The position numbers were made by a program, and so were the translations under genes. Below the pieces are notes generated by a model that had not been told where the DNA came from, did not search any database, and worked only from the letters and a program-made list of their open reading frames with translations. Shown piece by piece: positions 10,546 through 24,255 of a stretch of DNA of 64,000 bases. Location: NCBI GenBank assembly GCA_964270895.1, contig OZ185446.1; one strand, written 5' to 3'. Position 1 is the stretch's first letter. Each line of letters opens with the position of its first letter. Origin of the DNA: Podarcis filfolensis. Its lineage: Eukaryota.

Positions 10546-11926
10546 GTAAGTTTGAATTGGTGTGTAATACTTGGGTGCATGTTTTAATCTAGTTCTTATC
10601 TTGGTAGCATTGCTCAAAATGTATTATTCTTAGCAGGGGGTGAAGCTTTCTCATTCTCAGGTTAACAGTGGGCATGTATCCGCTGGAAGCCATAGAAATT
10701 CATTTTTTCCCCTTTGCCTGGATTTTTTCATGTTCTAGTTTTAATATGGAAGTACAGAGAGAACCAGGCAGGATTTTCAGTGCTGTTTAGAGGCTAACAG
10801 TTGCAGAAATACTGTACTGCATGCTTCATAGTTGTGTTTCCCACCACCATGACCTTTTTCTGGTGAGGGGAAAGGATGGCAGAGGATCTTGTGAGGGAAT
10901 GTTAACCTTCATTTCCGCCCCCCCATTGACTCCTTGCAACAAGGGGGGGGAGAGAGAGAGAGAAGCCAGACACAAACACTGTGCCACCAGAAGTGTGGTA
11001 CTCTGCTCTCTTGATAAATGTTTTACTCTCTGATTTTTGGACACCCACCACCCCACTGTGAGAATACACTGTACACCAAAGAGAGATAAATCAGGTTGGC
11101 TCTGTAGTCTGCCTGCAACTCTCTGGCTTCAACACATGAACTTCTTTGGGGTATTATTAATTCCAGTTTTGGAGGATACTTTTGCAAGTACTGATAAAGC
11201 TTTCTTATAATTCTGTATTGGCAATGAAGTAAAAAAGAAGTATCTATGGAGAACTGAAGTTCTGGATTTTGATATAACTGGATTTTGATATAAATTACTT
11301 AATAAATATAAACGACATAACTCTCCTGCTACTTTCAAATGTATTGAATTTAATATTGGTTGTTTGATCTTAGCTTCATAATGCTAGTGTGGAGATAACC
11401 AACTTTAATTTGAATTCTGGATATGGTTAGTATTGTACTAAACATCACAGTTTCAACATAAAGTTTTGCAATAATGGTTGGTATTGATTCTTTTAGGCCA
11501 TAACATTATGTGGCTCACGCAGAACAGATCTATCTTGTGGGTTTTGATACAACAGTGTTGCTTTTAGCACTATCACTTGGAGCAGTGTGTGTATGCAGAA
11601 GCACACATGGTTGTCTTATTTGTATCGTTGTTCCTGTAAATACAGAACTTAAAGGCTCTGGAGGTTTGGCTTGTCCGTAATTTAGAAATTGAGCTCCAGA
11701 AATGGCCATTCTCATAAGTAGCTTTAGATGAATAGAAACCATGGGTGTGAAATGTTGGATACTGAGCTGTGATTTAAGACATAGATATCTGTTAGAGAGA
11801 GGTTTTTTAACTTAAGGAAAGCATCTATATTTATGAGAAAGGAGACAAATAGGAAATGGGTCAACTACAGAAAATATTTGAACGGTACCTTATTTCTTGT
11901 TTTAATAACTGTTTGCCTTCCTGCAG

Positions 11927-11981
11927 AGATGCGAATTATGCCCTCATAAGGATGGTGCTTTGAAGAGGACTGATAATGGGG
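11927..11981 (+). CDS. MLLT10: MLLT10 coding exon 3 (55 nt): Zn knuckle
   Basis: ctgcAG|AGA TGC... = RCELCPHKDGALKRTDNG(G); donor G|gtaagt. Confidence 0.97.
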
Positions 11982-14900
11982 GTAAGTCTTTTACCTTTTC
12001 AAAAAAAGTCTCTAGTAATTTAAAGATTTTGTTCCTTTTTCTGCAGTTCAGTTGCATAAACTGATAAAATTGGAACATAGTTTATGTGGTTAAGATTTTT
12101 GGAGCCCCACGTATAAATATTCTGTTATTCTAAAGAGCTCTGAAACTTAGGTATTTCAGGGTTTGTATATTTAATAATTTAGGTGCTCATCACTGTAAAA
12201 TGTATTTATTCTTGCAGCATGTATATGAGAAATCTTATCTTCCTCTTACACATGGAGAATGAGAGCACTGCATCATGCTAGAGGGCTGTATATAAATTGT
12301 AGACTTTAATTTTATGCAAAAATAATTCAGTGTAAGTGAACAGTGAAGGTTATTTAATTCCTTCGGTGGCTATGGTTTGCTAACTCAAGTGGTACACTTA
12401 ATATGACAAGCAACTACTTGATGATACCACCTGACTTTAAAATGGTGTTTCCTTCTCCCCAAGCCAGCATGGCTAATGATCAGGCTTGGCAAAATTTGTA
12501 GTCCAGCAATATCTACACAGCACACACTAGCTTGCCCAACCCTGCACCCATCCATTATAGAGGGAGCACATGGAGAAGGGCTCCTGAAGAAGGTCTTTAA
12601 ACTTGTGGCTAGGCTCATGTAGAAGAAGAGATGTATCCATGACCCACACCATTTAGGGTCATCAGCACTTTGAATTAGACTTTGGAGCCAATGCAGGTTG
12701 TTTGTATTAAAATACATGGAAACTTATCTGTGCTTAATTTTTTTCATTTTTTGTGAAGGCTTAATTTGGGTTTCCATGGTGATTACTTTCCTTTTCCATG
12801 GTTCCATGATAAAGTTTTATTTTATAGACCCATCTCTTTTTGAGACTTTTTGAGGTGGCTTACAAAAAGCAGAAATAGGATAAAAGATAAAAACATGGCA
12901 CTAATACAAACATATTTATACTCTCATTTTAACTTACAAGCCAGGTTTCTTGCTATAATGCTTTTTAGAGGGAATCAGTAACACATGATTTTTAAATTTT
13001 GGCTAAGAGCCCCAAATGTGCTTATTAGAAGAAAGCAAAAGTCTGCATTGCTTACTTTAGCTTAGCTTTAATTTGCCTAATGATTCATTAGCATAATTTT
13101 CTTGAAATAGGACGTGGATTATTATTGATGCAAAGCTATCTCTTATTCTGTGTAGGAGTCTAGTGTAAGAGATGAAAATATGCATCAAGAAACAAGTTGG
13201 TCTTGCCTTCATGCTACTTTGTATGGAAAAGCAGCTCATATACTTCAAGAATTTTCAATTCAGCCTTGTCTCTGCTGTTGTATTACCACAATGAATAAGG
13301 TGTTAACTTCCATGAACTTGTGGTTACTGACATGGAATATGTGTATCGATTAGGGTACTGTCTTAGTGGGTAGAGGGTGCTGTTTGGGGGATGCAACTAC
13401 TCCATTGTCATGGAAAGTTGACTTTCTGGAAGTATCTGTCAAGTCTTGCAGAAGTGGCAGGCTAATAAGGATTGTTCTCATCTGAAGGTTGATGGATCTA
13501 GTTGGTTTCCAAACTGCATTTTTGGTGTACTTGGCAGACTGTCCTGTCAAAGCTCTAGCTCAGGGGTGGATAACTACTTAGCTCAATAGGCCACATCTTT
13601 ATCTTCCCCCGACCCCTGGGGCCCAACTTTGATGGGGGGTGGGCCACAACATGTCAGTTGACTGATAGGTGGGAATTCCTGTGGCAGTGCAGGGAGCGGT
13701 CTGCTTCCTGAGCTCATTCCCTGCAGGGAATGTGCTGGCAAAGCAAATCCCAGCAAGACTGAATTTCCTGCTCTCCAGTTGGTGAGGGGAGAGTGTAGTC
13801 CTGCTGCCTACAGGATTCACAGTACTCAGCAGGATTTTACCCTGTCCCTTATCCATCAGCTGAAGTTACCCAGTGACACTGGCTGGTGGACAGGTGGGTA
13901 TGTTTGGGGGCAAATTGCTTCATGGGTTAATTTGGCCCCTTGGCAGACCAAGATTGGTCCTCCACCACCCACTGGAACCGACTTGAGTATTGGACATGAT
14001 GGCTGTAGAACAGGAGTAGCCAGTGCACCTCCAGATGTTGGCAGACTCCAACTCCCATCAGGCCTGGTCAGACTTGCTCTAGATATTCAAGGCAGTTGAG
14101 AACAATGAAGGAACTGGATGATGAGGTGTAGAAAGGTGTAGGAAAGGTCAAGTTAGGTTCAGCTGAACACGAGATTCTTTGGTGGTGTCTTTGAAGAAAT
14201 CCTATCTTCACCACTGTTTTATCTGCACAGTGCCATCCACTGGAGCTTTTTCAAGTCATAAAAGTCCTGTTACAACATGACTAGCTCAATTTTTACTTTT
14301 AGATAGTTGATGAAATCCTTCCTGCTTCAGGCTTTGAGGGGAGGGAGTGAAGTCTTAAAGAAAGGGCACACACACTTAAATGTTTCTGGAACCTGCCAGA
14401 TAGGTTCCCCACCCCCTTGTATTATGTTTCTGTATTTTAAATTGGTACTGTTCTTATATTTATGATATGGTATTAGCCAGCCCGAGGGATCCAAGGAACC
14501 ATGTTTGGCAGCACACCAATTTAAAAATAAATATAAATGAGCTGCCGAACATTAAATTGCTATCTACGCAAAAATATCAGCCTCCTATTATCAACAATCT
14601 GGAGGATATGCTATAAAAATAATAAAGCCTTTAAAACTATTTTCAAAAGTTGCTTCTGGATAATGCTTGCCTAAAATGAAGATTACTTTCAACTTAATGG
14701 TAGGGTTTGCATGGTATTTATTAGGGGTAGGCTTTGCCAGGAAAATCATGTTTTTTCTTGCCCTGGGAAAAGCTATTTTTCTCATATTTTAAGACATTAT
14801 AAAAATTGTTTCATTATTACAATATTATGTTTCAAGCTGTGTTTATGACATGTAGCTTATTTAGCGTTGAACGAGGAAATTATCATAGACCATGTTATAT

Positions 14901-16855
14901 TTTTAGTTTTGTATTCTTTTAACAGAATTTATACTACATTAAAAACAGAATAGCATGTAAAGGAATGAAAATAATAATAATTTGGGATTAGATCTTAACT
15001 AAAGTTCTGCTGGTGGGAACAACCTGTGGGTGGAGTTCATTTGGTAGGAAGCTCCCACTAGGATGTGGGGGGGGCAGTGGCATTTTCTGCCATTTCCCCC
15101 TGCATCCCCTTTGTTCCTCAAAATTGTGGTTTGCACCATTTGGTGACATTCTGGAGCACCATGAGAAAGGGGTTGCTGGGGGAAGGAGAGGGTAGTGGAA
15201 AATGTTACCCTGCACTGCACCCTGGCAGCATTTTCTGAATTCCTATTCCTGCTGCAAACAGAAAGAGCTCTTCCATTCATAATCTCAGAATAACAATAGT
15301 AGAAGAACAAAAGTTCAAATTTTGAGGCATTAAGCAAAGATAAAGACAAGAGGTTCAGTGGGCAGAGGGGCCTGACAGAATCCAAACATAAGACTGCACC
15401 TTGGTGGTCCTGTTGGAACTCCACTTGAAATTGACAATATCACTAACTGTTGCTATACCAAGCTTTCGTCATGTCCACTTACTGTAAATTGCTGCGTCGC
15501 ATTGTTGCATTATACAGTTGTTTTTCCTGCTGCATCAGTTTCTTGTCTAATAGTATCTTACTCTTCTTAAGAAGCTGGATACTTTTTATTTGTGTATTAG
15601 ATTCACTAATTTAAATTCCAGTTGCTTGCTGTAACTGGCAATGCATATCTTGCAAGATTTCCACAGAGGTCTTAATCACTGCATAAACAACTGACCTTAT
15701 GTTTTGCTTGTTCTACTACTCTTAAATTGCACATCTTTGATCTCCAGCAAGATGCCCTGGAGTAAGAATGGATACCAGAGACACTTATTTTTTAAAGCTC
15801 AGTATCTCTGCAAAAACATTTGGGTGTTAGTTGTTGTTTGTGTTTGTGTGTGTGTTCTTTAAATCAATCAATAAGAGACTTAAAAAGCTGTGAGGGAGTT
15901 GGTTCTTTTAAACTGTTGCAAAGCACCCAGTATTTGCAATCTTTCTTGTTTTACGGTTTTGTTTGGAAGCCTGCACTGTACACAACAAAGCTTTTTAGTT
16001 CAGCATATTTAGAACCAGTTATTGGATTGAAATCTGTTCCAACTGGATGCTGATCAGGAATGTTGTGCATCAGCATTCTTTGTCAGCTTTATAACAGGAT
16101 TTCTGGAAGGCAGCTGCTTGGTTGAAAGCCAACTAACAATGCAATAGTGTCGTCATTTTTTTAAGGGTTAGAGTGGGGATCTCCTAAGCTTGTAAGGAAT
16201 GTCACATGCCAGCTTTTGAGTCAGCAGCTTTCTCCCTCTGAATTTCATTAAGGCCCTGCAAGTTAAAAGAAAAAGCACTAATGCAAACTTAAGTTACCCA
16301 AGTGCTGTCACCGACTACTGCTAATATATTGTATTAAGTACTTATATCTGCTTGTAGCCGGATTCTGATATAAATTACTTAATAAATAAATATAAACAAC
16401 ATAACCCTTCTGCTACTTTGAAATGTGAGATTTTAATATTGAACTCAGCTTCATAATGCTAGTGTTGAGATACCCAACTTTAATTTGATTGTTGAATCAT
16501 CTGTTTTCAGACTTGGACTGATTTGTGGCTGTTCTTTCCTGATTGAAGCTGAGAGTAGGGCATGTTCGACACCACCTAAGTACTGGTGTGTTGTATAGTA
16601 AGCAATAAATAAAAAGAATACCAAAGATGGTCTGATAAAACAAATTAGTAGGTCTTCTAAAAGCAAATAGTTTTTGTTAAATTATTTTCATTCATTGTAC
16701 AGAGAAGGGCATTCAATATTGAGATAAGTTCTGTTTCCAGGAATTTGGAAGGTAGCTTCTTGTGAAGTTGGCACCTTCCATCTATTCCAAGTCATCTATC
16801 TGTTTGTATAGGAAGACACTGTGGTGCTCTTCAGGAGCTGCATAAAGGGAAGGAT

Positions 16856-17082
16856 GCAGAGGGCCTTCTCGGTAGTCGCGCCCTGTGGAATGCCTTCCTG
16901 TCAGATGTCAAGGAAATAAACAACTATCTGACTTTTAGGAGATATCTGAAGGTGTAGGGAGTTTTTAATGTTTGATGTTTTACTGTGCTTAGTGTTTTAA
17001 TTTGTTGGAAGCCACCCAGAGTGGCTGGGGCAACTCAGTCAGATGGGTGGATATTATTCATAACAATAACAATAATAAATAA
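16856..17082 (+). mobile_element. LINE 3'-end fragment (L2-like)
   Basis: gagggccttctcggtagt...gccacccagagtggctgggg...aataataaa; clearly homologous to 31617-31881; family name from memory. Confidence 0.7.
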
Positions 17083-17939
17083 ACAATGAGAGAGAGGGAG
17101 TGAGAAACCAAAAACCAACATAGTAGAAACGCACTCTGGTCTTGCCTTTCATTTCCCAGTATTTGGTGATTGCCTTATGCTCCTTTTTGTTTTATGGACA
17201 AGATACCCTCCTGTTCTAGACATTCCTCTTGTTTCTGCCACCCATCTCAGGGATACCATGAGCAGTTTTCGAAACTCCCATTGTTCTAGGCGCATTTTGT
17301 GACAGGGAATTTCATTAGTGCAAGATGTTTCTGAGCTCAGGGTGCAGAACTGTGCCTAAGATTTCAGATTAAAACTGCAGAGTGGAAGGAAAGGAGGACC
17401 TTTTTCTGTCTCCCCACTTCCAGCTACTCTCTGAAGACTGGAGAAGAGATTCTCTTAAGAATATTAGGGGGGTGGGCAGGGGAACGACTAGACCATGTGA
17501 AAAATAAACATAATATTTTAGCAGCAGTTCATTCATTTTTCAGCTTTGTATTCTTGTTATAAAAAAGTTCACCTAGACATTCCTTTGTTGCACCTATAAC
17601 CTAGGTTTAAGGTGCCATATAGCTCCTAGCTTTCATATCTCAGTTTCTAACACTGACCATGAAAGAAGCAACACCAAACTCCAAAAGTTCTCCCAAACCA
17701 AAGAGTAACTCTGATCAGCCCTAACCTGGGGAGAAACCCTTCCTCTTGACTCAAGGCTCCTTAGTTTCTTAACACTTTCAGATATGTGGTTGAAGGGCCA
17801 TGTTGTAGGTGGGTTCTGCAAACAGTGAGAGAAAGTTATTCCCCCTTCAAGCATACTTAGAGACCATCCCTTACTTCCCCTTGCTCAGGCAACCCAAGAA
17901 AGATGCAACACTATTCCAATGCTATCCAATACTTTCTGG

Positions 17940-19570
17940 AGAGAAGAGTAATAGACTCCGAGCTAGTTCCAGAGGGATAATTACTTCTTTAAGGTGAATT
18001 ATATTTTTGTCAGTATATTGAAGAAATCAGAAGACCTCAGAAAGATCGTAGATCTCCACGCTTTGGCATGGAGATGGGTCGCACTATTTCTGCACGCCTG
18101 TATTGTTAAGATTTCCTTGCATGAATAAATTTTATGGAGGACCACTAACTGCCTCGTTGACTTTGCAAGTGTTCCTTCTGCACTTCAGTGCCAGTTGTTC
18201 TGTCTTCAGCTCCTTCTTCCTGTCCTTGGTCCTAGTTACCAATAAGACTTACTTGAAGATGGTAGAGTACAAGTTTTATTCCTGTTTGTAAGACTACCTG
18301 GTTGTGTCTTTAACATGTGCAGACTACTGTACAGAAGCCCCAGAGGCACATGTTTTTGATAACTCTTTCTGGAAGCCAATTGTTTTTCTTTTCTTTTAGA
18401 GGGGGGGAAAACCTGTTATCTCTGGTCAAAGGAGATTTAACTCTTAGCCAGACTGTTGGAAATGATGGGTTTTAATTTCAGCCGACTTTCTTGGGCCTAT
18501 CTACATGTCTGAGCTATTCAGACATTCCTGCTAATCTTCAAGATCAAATTGCATCAAGATTGAAGCCACATATCTGAATACCCAGGAACTCAAATGTCAG
18601 TATCCCAGTGGACTATGGTGGAAAGGTGTACTTATCAAAGACTTACTCATAGTATATTCAGAAGTAACCATTGCCAGCCTACCTATGTGGGAAGCGCACT
18701 TCAAATAATTCTTCATCTAGGAGCTGTGGTCACACTGTAAGACATCTTGTAGCATCAGCTTCCTAGAGTTCTGAGTGGTCTGTCTGACTCTCAGAACCTT
18801 TGCTCTCCTGTTGGACAGAACAAATGTGTCTTTCCAAACCAACAAATACATGTGAAAAAGCTTATTGGAAGCTGTGTCCTACCTATGGAAAGCCCTTGCA
18901 TGCCTTCTGTTGAGTGAAGCAGGACTCCTCCAACAGCCAGGTATCTGAGAGGCATCTACAATGCTTGGATGGTAGTTGAGCAGGCAGCAAATAGGCCATT
19001 TGGAACGATCTCTAACTCTGGAGGTTCCTTCTGATCAGTTATGTTTGGGCTCCAGTTGTTGACTTGCATGTCTGCTGAAGAAGCAAACTAGGGACCAAAT
19101 GTGGGTGCAGACATGAATTATGAAAAAGCAGACGATGCCTTTCAAATGTATTCTTAGTCCTTTTGTTTTCTGTAATCCCTATGACAGTTAGAACGATTAG
19201 ATGCTACTTTGGTTATTTCTAGGTGGCCAAGACGTTCTTGGTGGCTCTTGATGGCTCTTGATGGAGGTTCTGTGAACACTTCCTGCAGAGGTGCACTGGC
19301 TGTGCAAGGAAGGGCTCTTCTCAGCCCCAGCTATTATGGTTGCCACCTTGAAGATGGAAAGGCAGGCCTTAGGCCTTACTAGCTATCAGGATGTCACCCA
19401 GTGTGACTTCCATACCTATGGCATCATTTAAGCTATAAATTATCCTAGCATATAATACTTGGAAGGCCCTTGTCAACTGAACTGTTCAGAATTGTCTGCT
19501 GTTATCTTAGTGAGGGATATAGTTCTGTTTGCAAGATGACTGGATTATGGTCTGCAGTCAGATACACTGA
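17940..19570 (+). mobile_element. Heavily decayed DIRS-like (tyrosine-recombinase) retrotransposon relic
   Basis: Colinear degenerate motifs: YIFVSILKKSEDLRKIVDLHAL (RT start, ~18000), SISFLEF*VVCLTLRTFALLLDRTNVSFQTN (RNase H, 18751-18843), WPRRSWW (19224), LDYGLQSDTL (19540). Confidence 0.6.
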
Positions 19571-20989
19571 GCTTCAGTGTAATGCAAATTCTCACAATAC
19601 TTGGTGAGTTCCTTAAGTAACATGCATTCAGAGGGTGCTAACTGCCCACTGTAAGCACATAGTAGTGTTAGAACTTAATGTTGTTGCCTATTCAGAACCC
19701 AAGGTTTTTAAACACATAATAATATTGGATACTTCTTATCTGGTGCAAATGTGCTAAAATTTTGAGGGGGGTGGGAAGTAATATCCTTATCTTGCTCAGT
19801 TAAGAGGACATTTCTGTCTCCAAAGAGATCCCAGCTGCTTTCAACATTCCCTGAAAAAGCAAGTGTTATGTCATGGGGTTTGTATCTAAGGGTTTGGAAG
19901 AAAGGAAATCTGAAAAATGATTAGCTCATGAAAAAAAGCTGTTTGAATTGAGCAGTGTGCATAAACAATATTAGCCAGGAACGCAGCAGGTCACTTTCTA
20001 GGACCCTGAACAGAAGAACACGTTATTTCTAGTGGCAGAAAGCAGATGGGATGCATTAGTTCCAACGTCTGTTATAAAAGGTTATGAGTTCCTGTGGAAA
20101 GGGGAACTGAAAAATGAACACCAGTGGCTTTCTGGGACCCCAAAGAAAGCTATAGCCCTAACTTCTACTTTAGTATAATCTGCTCTACATAAATCAGTGT
20201 TTCAGTTTGCCATAACCTCTTGTGGGCAGCTAGCTACTTGAAATACAGCAAAATTAATTTCCTAGCAGTTTTTTGGTTGTTAGGAGCACAAAGACATTGT
20301 TTCCAGCAGATAGCAACAGAAATAACTAAAGCTAGAGTGGTATTTCAGTGTAACTTCGTGTATCAATCCTGGGCTGTTTTTTCCTCCTCCAATAACAGCA
20401 CACCAACCAGAATACATTTATCATTTAAGGCTGTATCTCAAGAGTGTGGAGACTTTTTCAGCCTGAGGGTCAGGTCACATTATCTTATGGAAAACCTTCT
20501 GGATGTTGCATTCCAGTACTGGGTGGGGCAAGAGGGAATACTGGGTGGAGCAGTAGATGCAACTCTTACTAGAGATATAATTTTTTTGGAAATTCTGAAC
20601 CCACAGGAGAATATTTTTTCCTTTTTTTTTTTTAGGGGTGTGGAAATTTGTGGACAATTGAAAAAAAAATTCAACTTATTAAAGCCGCTTTTACAGATCA
20701 AATGTCACTTTGTTGCTTTAGGAACATAACATGTATTTTGTATAATATGGTTTGCCATTAGATTATCATGTTTGGTATATTAAAATACAATTTATTTGGT
20801 CCATTGCAAATTGAATTTACATTTTTAATTCATTTCATTTTTTTTGTTACAAGTGGAGCTCCAAGCTGCTGAACTGTAAGGAGTCTAGCATCCCTTTCGT
20901 TTTGTCAGTTTATGAGAATGGAAAAAACAATAAAAACAGGAGAAACCATTATAATTATAGTAAAAATAAGAAAACTATATATTTGACTA

Positions 20990-21076
20990 AGTCCTACTCA
21001 GAGTAGACCTATTAAAATTGAGGGACCTATGTTAGTCACGTCTCTTAACTTCCAGTAGGTCTATCTAAGTAGGACT
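20990..21076. mobile_element. Short palindromic squamate repeat; related degraded copies near 5047-5122, 6181-6260, 37165-37250, 47808-47888, 60333-60421
   Basis: Arms agtcctactcagagtagaccta / taggtctatctaagtaggact; the motif recurs across the window. Confidence 0.6.
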
Positions 21077-23064
21077 AGCATTGAATACCACTCAGTGGTA
21101 TGGAGAACGTCAAGCAGACATAATGCACTCATTGCCATAAAAAGAGCTGTGAGGGGGTGGGGAGGGGGCAGAGGGAAGGCAGAGCCAAGACTCGATGAAT
21201 ACTTCATGAAATTTAATCAATCTCATTTTCTGAGGTATCTCAGTCCATTTATGCTTCTTCATATTTGTCATCATATTTATTATGGACTTCTAAATATCAA
21301 AGGTTTGCCTGGATAGAAACTAATTTTATCTACCCTGTCACATGTCATAGCCCAACATCTTTCAATTTTCCCATTTTTGGAGAGGGAAAAAGGCTTCGGG
21401 GGGGGGGGGGGGGAAACAGCACTAAATGTTGTACACGTGATTGGCACTTGTGTGTTTGGTTTCCCTGTGTTAAATATTGCTGAGGGAGGCCTGATTGGCA
21501 CTTTGATGTGGGGATAAGTGTGTGGGGGGATTTAATTCATTGCTCCTGTCATGGTTCCAATACAGGTAGGACTTGCCCAGTGGTTACCATTTGCCTTCAG
21601 AGGAAAGCTGCCATTGAGTGTAAAGATTTTGAAAGACAACAAAGTAAACGAGGGCCAGTCACGTGCACAGTGGCATGTCTAGTTTGACCTTGAGAGTATA
21701 TTAACCTTGTCCCTTGTGCACACATTCTCTCTTGTGGAATTTGGTGTGTGTGTCATAACATTTTTGCATGCTGGAATAGGTTGATTCAGACTTTTGGCAA
21801 GGGTGTTTGTTGCATATATACCAGTGCGTAGTATGTATGCTGTAAACACCACAATTCATTTCTGTTTTGCAGATATTTATAAATAGTTCTGGAGCAGGTT
21901 CCAGAGAGCTGCAGACAATCAAATATTTCTCCGTTCATGGCCCCAAATGTTTGCAAACCTGTTTCAGCTTTACGTAATATTTGCTGTTTGCAGCATTGCC
22001 ATGTAAAACATGATCTATTACCTCATGCATGGTTTGAAGCAACTGAGTATACATGGAATAGGTAGAGCTGAGCCTTATAACATTGTATGAAGATTAGATA
22101 AGTTGTATATGTGATATTTCTAACAGGTACTTTGTGTACCCCTGTGATATTTTTTCCTTCTTCATGTTTGGACGTTAACACAGATATAGAGTGTGTGTGA
22201 AGATTGGGACCTAATTTCTTGTGGAAGGCTGCAATTACGTTTTGAACATTCCTGCTATTCTGCTGCTTTTCATATTGGGAAATTGGTGTATCAAACTGTC
22301 TGGGAATTCTCTGTATAAAGTAATCCAGGACAGAATATGGGCAGCTCTTGAATAGCAAAGTAATTTTCAAGCTGAGCTATTTATGCAATGAAACAGTAGC
22401 AGACATGGTTAAATTGTTTTCTTTGGCAAGCACAAATTGGTGACTCTCTTGGGAACCACAGAGAACCTGAAATTAGGCAGGCTCTTATCTGGGTCAAGAA
22501 TCCTTGGAAATTGAAAAGAAAAAACTGTCAGAAAAAAATACCCTACTGGTCTGTGAAATACTATCAAAAGCTACTGAAAGAAAGCTAAAAATATATGCTG
22601 CTTTATGCTGAAATACCATTCTAGGATACCACACAGGAAGATATAAAAGTAATAGTGTCAGGTCTTAGATGTAAGCAACAAGAAAAGAAGCAAAAAATTC
22701 GTTCTTTCTTATGGAAAGGTGTGAAGAGAAAGCATTATAGTTTAATTACCTGCATATTTTCTTCCCAATTTCAAGCATGTAGGCCCGTTAATTTCAATGT
22801 GAATTAAGAACTAGGTACAATCTAAAAGTGATTTGTTTCTACTTTTGCAAAATCATTATTTATATTAGTTGTTTACAGCTCTTTGAAAATATGTAATCTT
22901 ATCTTTATATGCTGTGATGTGCTAAGGAATGTGTTAGATACTTACATTGTGCTTAAATAATTGAAAATACATGTAACATATGAAATGTTCTTTTTTATAG
23001 TTGAAATTATTCTATTTGTATTGTCAGAAGGCATTAAGAATAAAATGTAATTAACTTTTTATAG

Positions 23065-23174
23065 GTTGGGCTCATGTGGTTTGTGCTCTGTACATTCCCG
23101 AGGTGCAATTTGCAAATGTTTCTACAATGGAACCTATCGTGTTGCAGTCTGTTCCTCATGATCGCTATAATAAG
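23065..23174 (+). CDS. MLLT10: MLLT10 coding exon 4 (110 nt)
   Basis: tttttatAG|GT TGG... = (G)WAHVVCALYIPEVQFANVSTMEPIVLQSVPHDRYNK; donor AAG|gtataa. Confidence 0.97.
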
Positions 23175-23532
23175 GTATAATTCTACTATGACTTATTTTC
23201 TTGATATAATTTTGTATTTGAAAAATATGCTATATATTTCACATCTCATTAAAAAAAACAAGCATATTTTGCTTTGAAGGGCTTGTATTTCTTTAAAGAA
23301 CATTTTGTATGAAAGAAAATGAGTAAAATTATTTATGTCTTACTGAAGTTTATAGCATGAGGCAATATCTACTTAGATATCTAATGTTTTTCGTCATCAA
23401 CTGATCAAATAGGTTTATAACATTTCCTGTTTTATTAGTAATCACTATATTTAGCAGCAGATTACTGTTGATCAGTTCCTTGATACGGTTCTTATTAAAA
23501 GCTAATTGAGAGTAGAATTGAATTTTTCAACT

Positions 23533-23556
23533 GTTGTTGTTGTTGTTGTTGTTGTT
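23533..23556 (+). repeat. (GTT)8 microsatellite
   Basis: Read directly. Confidence 0.95.
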
Positions 23557-23774
23557 CTCTCCCTTCCTTCTTATAGCACAATGTTCACAGTTCTCGTTCT
23601 CTTGCTTTAGGGAAGCATCTGTAGTTAAACATTGTTTTGCCATTGAGAAAGTGAATGAAATATCAGCAGGAGCTCCCCACCCACTCATGTTCTTTACACA
23701 TAATAGACCAGTGTAGAAATTCAGTTGGAACGTGTGTTGTGAGATTTAGATTATGCTGACTCACAAGTTAAGTA

Positions 23775-24255
23775 CAGGCGACTCCCCACTTATGCGGAGG
23801 TTACATTCTGGTCCCCCGCACACATAATTGAAATTGGCTAAAGTAGGGAGCACCCTCTAAAAAACCCTTTAAATGCCCTTTCTGTAGCTCTCTCTTCAAT
23901 CCATACCAAAATTACTGTATCCAGAAATATCTACAGCTATAATTGAAGTTCTGGGGCTGGCAGGAGACTGGAGGACTTTCACGAAAGTAGCAGCTGCTGC
24001 TGTGCTACCCCGCACATGCAGCTGTTAGGTGGGGAGGCTGAGCAGTGTAAACAAAGCCCCACTACGCTTCTTCAGGGTCTCCTCCGCCCTCACTGACATC
24101 CTTTTCATGCTCCCGGGAGGTTCTCCTTGCGAGCCATGAGGACACTCCAACTCTCTTGCCATTTCCAGGTGAATTGAATTATTTAATTATTTTCTGGTAC
24201 TGCGTGTATATGAGGTTACACAGCAGTCAATCATATGTAAGTGGGGGGACACCTG
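23775..24255. mobile_element. Tc1/mariner (Tigger-like) non-autonomous DNA transposon
   Basis: Imperfect TIRs CAGGCGACTCCCCACTTA / TAAGTGGGGGGACACCTG; TA on the left, TT on the right. Confidence 0.7.

Noticed and set aside
20220-20729. 169-aa ORF
   Set aside because: No recognisable motif, composition typical of AT-rich intron, runs through a poly-T tract.
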